Made by a program: the position numbers and the translations under genes
The notes under the pieces: model-generated
The model's database searches: none
Told to the model about the DNA's origin: nothing
What the model saw: only the letters and a program-made list of their open reading frames with translations
In this document: positions 54,915 through 58,039 of the stretch, piece after piece
How positions within the stretch are numbered: the stretch's first letter is position 1
How the letters are laid out: the number at the start of each line of letters is the position of its first letter
Virus record (IMG/VR): IMGVR_UViG_3300032326_000244
Span: 1-58,039 of that record
Length of the DNA: 58,039 nt
Strand: one strand, 5' to 3'
Origin: a virus
Lineage: Duplodnaviria; Caudoviricetes

Positions 54915-55460
54915 CTATTCTCTTGGCGGCATGTAGTCGTCGTCAACCGGACCAATATTAGCAGGCTTGCCTACTGAGGGCATTGGTTTCGATTGGAATC
55001 CGTTACTTGCCGCTGCTGGTTGAGAGCTAAACGCTGACGCTCCAACTCCTGTATTTCCTCCAAAGCTACTCGGTGCTGGTGAACCAAAGCTGCTGGAATT
55101 ACCGAAGCCTCCTGATTGCGGTTGGCCAAATGTTGAAGACCCGCCCGCAAATCCTGTTGTTGGTGCTTGTGCTCCGCCATTATTCGCTCCTCCTAGTTTT
55201 TCTTGTGTACGACCAAATGCCGCAATACCTAATACCGCGCCCATGGCAATATGGAATAAACCAGCGCCTTGAAGTGTTAATGGATTCCATTGCGTAATTT
55301 GTGTACCTGTGGTTGTTTGTAATAAACTCCACAATACTGGAAATATAACCATATCCATAGTACACACTAACATGTACATCCAACCCATCATTGGACGCCA
55401 TTTACTGTTCATCCAATCTTCTTTCTTTTGTTCGCTTGCGCTTTTTACTTCTGTTGTCAT
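54915..55460 (-). CDS. holin-like protein (3TM holin family) with Gly/Ser-rich tail
   Basis: WMNSKWRPMMGW.Y...FP.LW...W.PLTL...FHIAMGAVLGIAAFGRTQEK. Confidence 0.6.
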   Translation of the reverse strand: MTTEVKSASEQKKEDWMNSKWRPMMGWMYMLVCTMDMVIFPVLWSLLQTTTGTQITQWNPLTLQGAGLFHIAMGAVLGIAAFGRTQEKLGGANNGGAQAPTTGFAGGSSTFGQPQSGGFGNSSSFGSPAPSSFGGNTGVGASAFSSQPAAASNGFQSKPMPSVGKPANIGPVDDDYMPPRE

Positions 55461-55486
55461 ATTCGCTCCTGACGATTTAATTTATT

Positions 55487-56050
55487 TTAGAACCAAAGAT
55501 ATAAGCCGTTTAGGCTTAGTAGTATTCCAAAACCGGCTACTACAAAACTGCCCCAAAACATGGCTATACTAACTGCTAAAATACTTGCTGATAGAACAAC
55601 AATTGCCAATTGGTAAGCTGTGCTCGCATAACTGATCCATGGGCTAGACTTCTTAGCTTCTTCTCGGGCAGCTTCCATTTCTCTTGCTTTAATAGCAATC
55701 TCTTTTTTATCAGAATCCATGCGTTCTTTTTCTGCCATGAATTCTGCTTTTAGTTTTGGATCAGCTGTTGTCTTTGCGGCAATTTCGTAGCTAACACCAC
55801 GACCTGCTTTGGCTTGATACTGTGCCCATGTATTGTTAGCACCAAGTGTATTGTTTAATACTGTGCTAGACAACTTGCCACCGTACCATGCGTTAACTGC
55901 TAGTAATAAAGCAAACACAGAAATGACCATACCTGCTTTGTCTTTTAGCTTGGCTTCACGCTCGCTACGTGATCCAACTGGCGGTTTTGGCGCATCTGGA
56001 TCTTTTGGTGTTTTGTTTATTAATTTTAATACTGAATCAACTACTGACAT
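55487..56050 (-). CDS. DUF4337-like membrane protein
   Basis: TM + NNTWAQYQAK + coiled coil + YQLAIVVLSASIL TM pair. Confidence 0.6.
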   Translation of the reverse strand: MSVVDSVLKLINKTPKDPDAPKPPVGSRSEREAKLKDKAGMVISVFALLLAVNAWYGGKLSSTVLNNTLGANNTWAQYQAKAGRGVSYEIAAKTTADPKLKAEFMAEKERMDSDKKEIAIKAREMEAAREEAKKSSPWISYASTAYQLAIVVLSASILAVSIAMFWGSFVVAGFGILLSLNGLYLWF

Positions 56051-56062
56051 TTACTTCGCTCC

Positions 56063-56284
56063 TTAAAATCCGAATATACTTTTCTTTGGTTCTGTTAAAA
56101 ACTTTTCCGCAATAGTCGCACCTTTAGCTCTGACGTGCGGATCTGGGCTATTTAACATCTCGTTAATTAACGCAGTCTTAGCCATTCTATCCATAGTTTG
56201 ATCTCTGGAAACAGACTTTTGAACTTCTGGATTAGTGGCGCATCCTGTTAATAATACTAGGGAGATAATTAATACAATTTTCAT
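56063..56284 (-). CDS. small lipoprotein
   Basis: Start 56284, lipobox LLTGC. Confidence 0.65.
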   Translation of the reverse strand: MKIVLIISLVLLTGCATNPEVQKSVSRDQTMDRMAKTALINEMLNSPDPHVRAKGATIAEKFLTEPKKSIFGF

Positions 56285-56547
56285 TTTATGCTTTCGTGTA
56301 TTTTCTTTTGTGTCTCGTACCATTCTTGCCAACCTTCTACTTTAGTCGAGCATTCGTGATATAATGTGTAGTTGTGTATAACAACTTTTAACATTTCTGT
56401 AATGGCTACTTGATTGCCTTCTATCTTTTTAAGACTTTCACATTTTTCCTTTAGCACTTGCGGCGCTTCAGGAAATTTAGTTTTGACAGGCACTACAGTA
56501 GAGCATCCTACTAGCAAAGCAGATATAACTAAAGCAACGTATTTCAT
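56281..56547 (-). CDS. o-spanin (Rz1-like) lipoprotein
   Basis: Lipobox LVGC, Pro-rich segment, C...NY..YHEC, directly after the i-spanin-like gene. Confidence 0.65.
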   Translation of the reverse strand: MKYVALVISALLVGCSTVVPVKTKFPEAPQVLKEKCESLKKIEGNQVAITEMLKVVIHNYTLYHECSTKVEGWQEWYETQKKIHESIK

Positions 56548-57062
56548 TTTTTACCCTCTGCTGCTTTGTTTAATTCTGTGGCTTGATTATGTATATCTAT
56601 CATTTCCTTAGGAACAGGACAGTTTTCAATGTATTTGATTACTTCTTCTCGTCTAATTCTTTCAGGACCTTCAACTTCTTTGATTACTTCTTTAGTGTTC
56701 CATCGATCGATATACTTGATAATGTCTTGACCCTTTTCTTTAATCACTTTGGTCTTTGTAACAACCTTTTCTTGAACCACTACGTTAGTCTCATTTGATT
56801 TAACTGCGGCCTCGTCAATTTTCTTTTGTAGTGCTGCGATTTCGTTTTGCCATTTTGTTTCATTGGCAATAACTCCTTGAAAATATACTCCAATCAACAG
56901 CGCAATAATTGATCCTACTTGTATAGGCAATCTATAAGTAGACACAAAAGGAATAAATTTTAAAACCCAGGATGCTAGTATTCCTAAAATACCGGCAATT
57001 AATATTATGGTCCAAAACCAGTCAGGCAGTAATCCTATCATCCAAGTTATTTGCCACATCAC
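56544..57062 (-). CDS. i-spanin (Rz-like)
   Basis: N-terminal TMs, coiled coil, C-terminal C.VP.....HN.A. Confidence 0.65.
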   Translation of the reverse strand: MMWQITWMIGLLPDWFWTIILIAGILGILASWVLKFIPFVSTYRLPIQVGSIIALLIGVYFQGVIANETKWQNEIAALQKKIDEAAVKSNETNVVVQEKVVTKTKVIKEKGQDIIKYIDRWNTKEVIKEVEGPERIRREEVIKYIENCPVPKEMIDIHNQATELNKAAEGKK

Positions 57063-57796
57063 ATTTTCTCCAAGGCCACTGCGTTGCCTTCATTTTCAAA
57101 TATAAATGTATTACCAATTTTTGTAATGTTATAATTTCCAAGCACTTTTGTTAGATAGAGTATTTCAGCAATGTCTGAATTTTCTATCATCATACGCCCT
57201 TGTACAGTTTCATATACGTCTTTACGTGGACCCCAATTCTTAATTCGCATTGTCAATGGTTCGGTATACTTTTTAGAAAATGTAATACCGTCAGTGTCTA
57301 CATCTATACTTTCTAGATAACTCTTGTTAAAGAAGTTGGTAAAATTATTAACACGACTTTCTCGAATACGCATATCATACTCATCGGGTGTGTTAGGAAT
57401 AGTTTCTATTAAACTTTGCTCGTCTACAGGTAACGACTGAAAACTTTTGTGGTATCTAAATTTAAATTGGTCAATTCCTGTTAGCTTGCCCACGCCGTCG
57501 AGGATTTCCATAATTTGTTCACCTATACGTCGACCACGTTCGATTTCCACAAATACTTTATATTTGCCATCACTTAGTTCGCCTGGCGTAGCATCAGCAT
57601 CTAGCACAAAGTCGTAACCACGCTCCACAAAATTTACTAGGTCTTTAGCAGGCTCATGGTCTTCCACGGTAAAGCTAACAACCACAATGTCTTTGTCGCT
57701 GCCCATTTTGCTGGCATAGCTATCAATTTCAAATATATTATCAACAAGATTTCGTAAATCTTCTTGACGTAGGTCTTCGTTAAACTGCTGGGACAC
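57059..57796 (-). CDS. conserved hypothetical phage protein
   Basis: IDSYASKMG.D.DIVV.SF...PAKDL..F.E.GY.FVLDAD; GTG start with AGGAG SD. Confidence 0.75.
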   Translation of the reverse strand: MSQQFNEDLRQEDLRNLVDNIFEIDSYASKMGSDKDIVVVSFTVEDHEPAKDLVNFVERGYDFVLDADATPGELSDGKYKVFVEIERGRRIGEQIMEILDGVGKLTGIDQFKFRYHKSFQSLPVDEQSLIETIPNTPDEYDMRIRESRVNNFTNFFNKSYLESIDVDTDGITFSKKYTEPLTMRIKNWGPRKDVYETVQGRMMIENSDIAEILYLTKVLGNYNITKIGNTFIFENEGNAVALEKM

Positions 57797-58039
57797 TTGG
57801 AGCTCCTCCTGCTGCGGGCGCCGCTGGCGCTGCTGGTTCTACTTGTGCGTTATCTGCTGGCTCTGTTGGAGCAGTCTGTTGACCTTCTGTTTTGCCTATG
57901 CCCATCTGTTCTCTCATTTTAGTCATATAACCGTTAAAGGTATCTTCAACTAATTTTCGTGGCATAATAATTTCCACTAACCATACTGGTTTACGGTCCA
58001 ATTTACCCTTCTGTGTATTATGACGCAAGTCTTCTGGCT
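57780..58039 (-). CDS. hypothetical phage protein (5'-truncated by window edge)
   Basis: Frame is open to the window end (…PEDLRHNTQKGKLD…PVWLVEI.MP). Confidence 0.65.
   Translation of the reverse strand, partial: PEDLRHNTQKGKLDRKPVWLVEIIMPRKLVEDTFNGYMTKMREQMGIGKTEGQQTAPTEPADNAQVEPAAPAAPAAGGAPSVPAV

Noticed and set aside
17672-57062. Longest-ORF starts in the supplied track (18340, 24017, 27027, 28109, 29802, 31006, 33194, 33830, 48816, 56332)
   Set aside because: They overlap upstream genes or lack an SD; downstream ATGs with an SD or stop-start coupling fit better and were used.
1-58039. CRISPR array, tRNA, rRNA, IS/transposase, integrase, intron or intein
   Set aside because: I saw no spaced repeats, cloverleaf, DDE/recombinase, homing endonuclease or intein motifs by eye; polB and thyX appear uninterrupted. 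A tRNAscan/Infernal run would be needed to be definitive.
1-58039. Alternative genetic code or selenocysteine read-through
   Set aside because: Recognisable genes are full-length in code 11 and tightly coupled at TAA/TGA/TAG stops; no conserved domain is split by a stop.

Overview
This window is a 58 kb fragment of a large, AT-rich tailed dsDNA phage, probably a T4-like jumbo myovirus, read in the standard genetic code. I found no rRNA, tRNA, CRISPR array or IS element. (1) 1-16.7 kb is a cluster of 11 radical SAM genes in three architectures, interleaved with a methyltransferase-like gene, an SDR, a nitroreductase with a large insertion and a 2OG-Fe(II) oxygenase-like gene. Several of these sit behind T4-late-like TAAATA boxes. 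(2) 16.7-42 kb is a minus-strand nucleotide metabolism and replication region: thyX, a MoxR-AAA/VWA pair, a tandem SGNH duplication, an RNase H-like flap nuclease, a sliding clamp and a family B DNA polymerase. It contains a 7-deazaguanine module (folE, queE, a T-fold protein with LxxxHRHxF, a TGT/DpdA-like transglycosylase) coupled to a GT-B glycosyltransferase and three NAD(P)-dependent dehydrogenases. (3) 42.5-50.6 kb encodes Lys-rich modular proteins resembling prohead-protease-processed internal virion proteins, plus a GH19 endolysin, Dps and a candidate structured RNA. (4) 51-58 kb carries clpA, def and dnaJ, then holin- and spanin-like genes. The best candidates for undescribed systems are the radical SAM array, the deazaguanine/glycosyltransferase module and the modular peptide-cassette proteins. 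All calls are by-eye motif recognition; no database searches were run.
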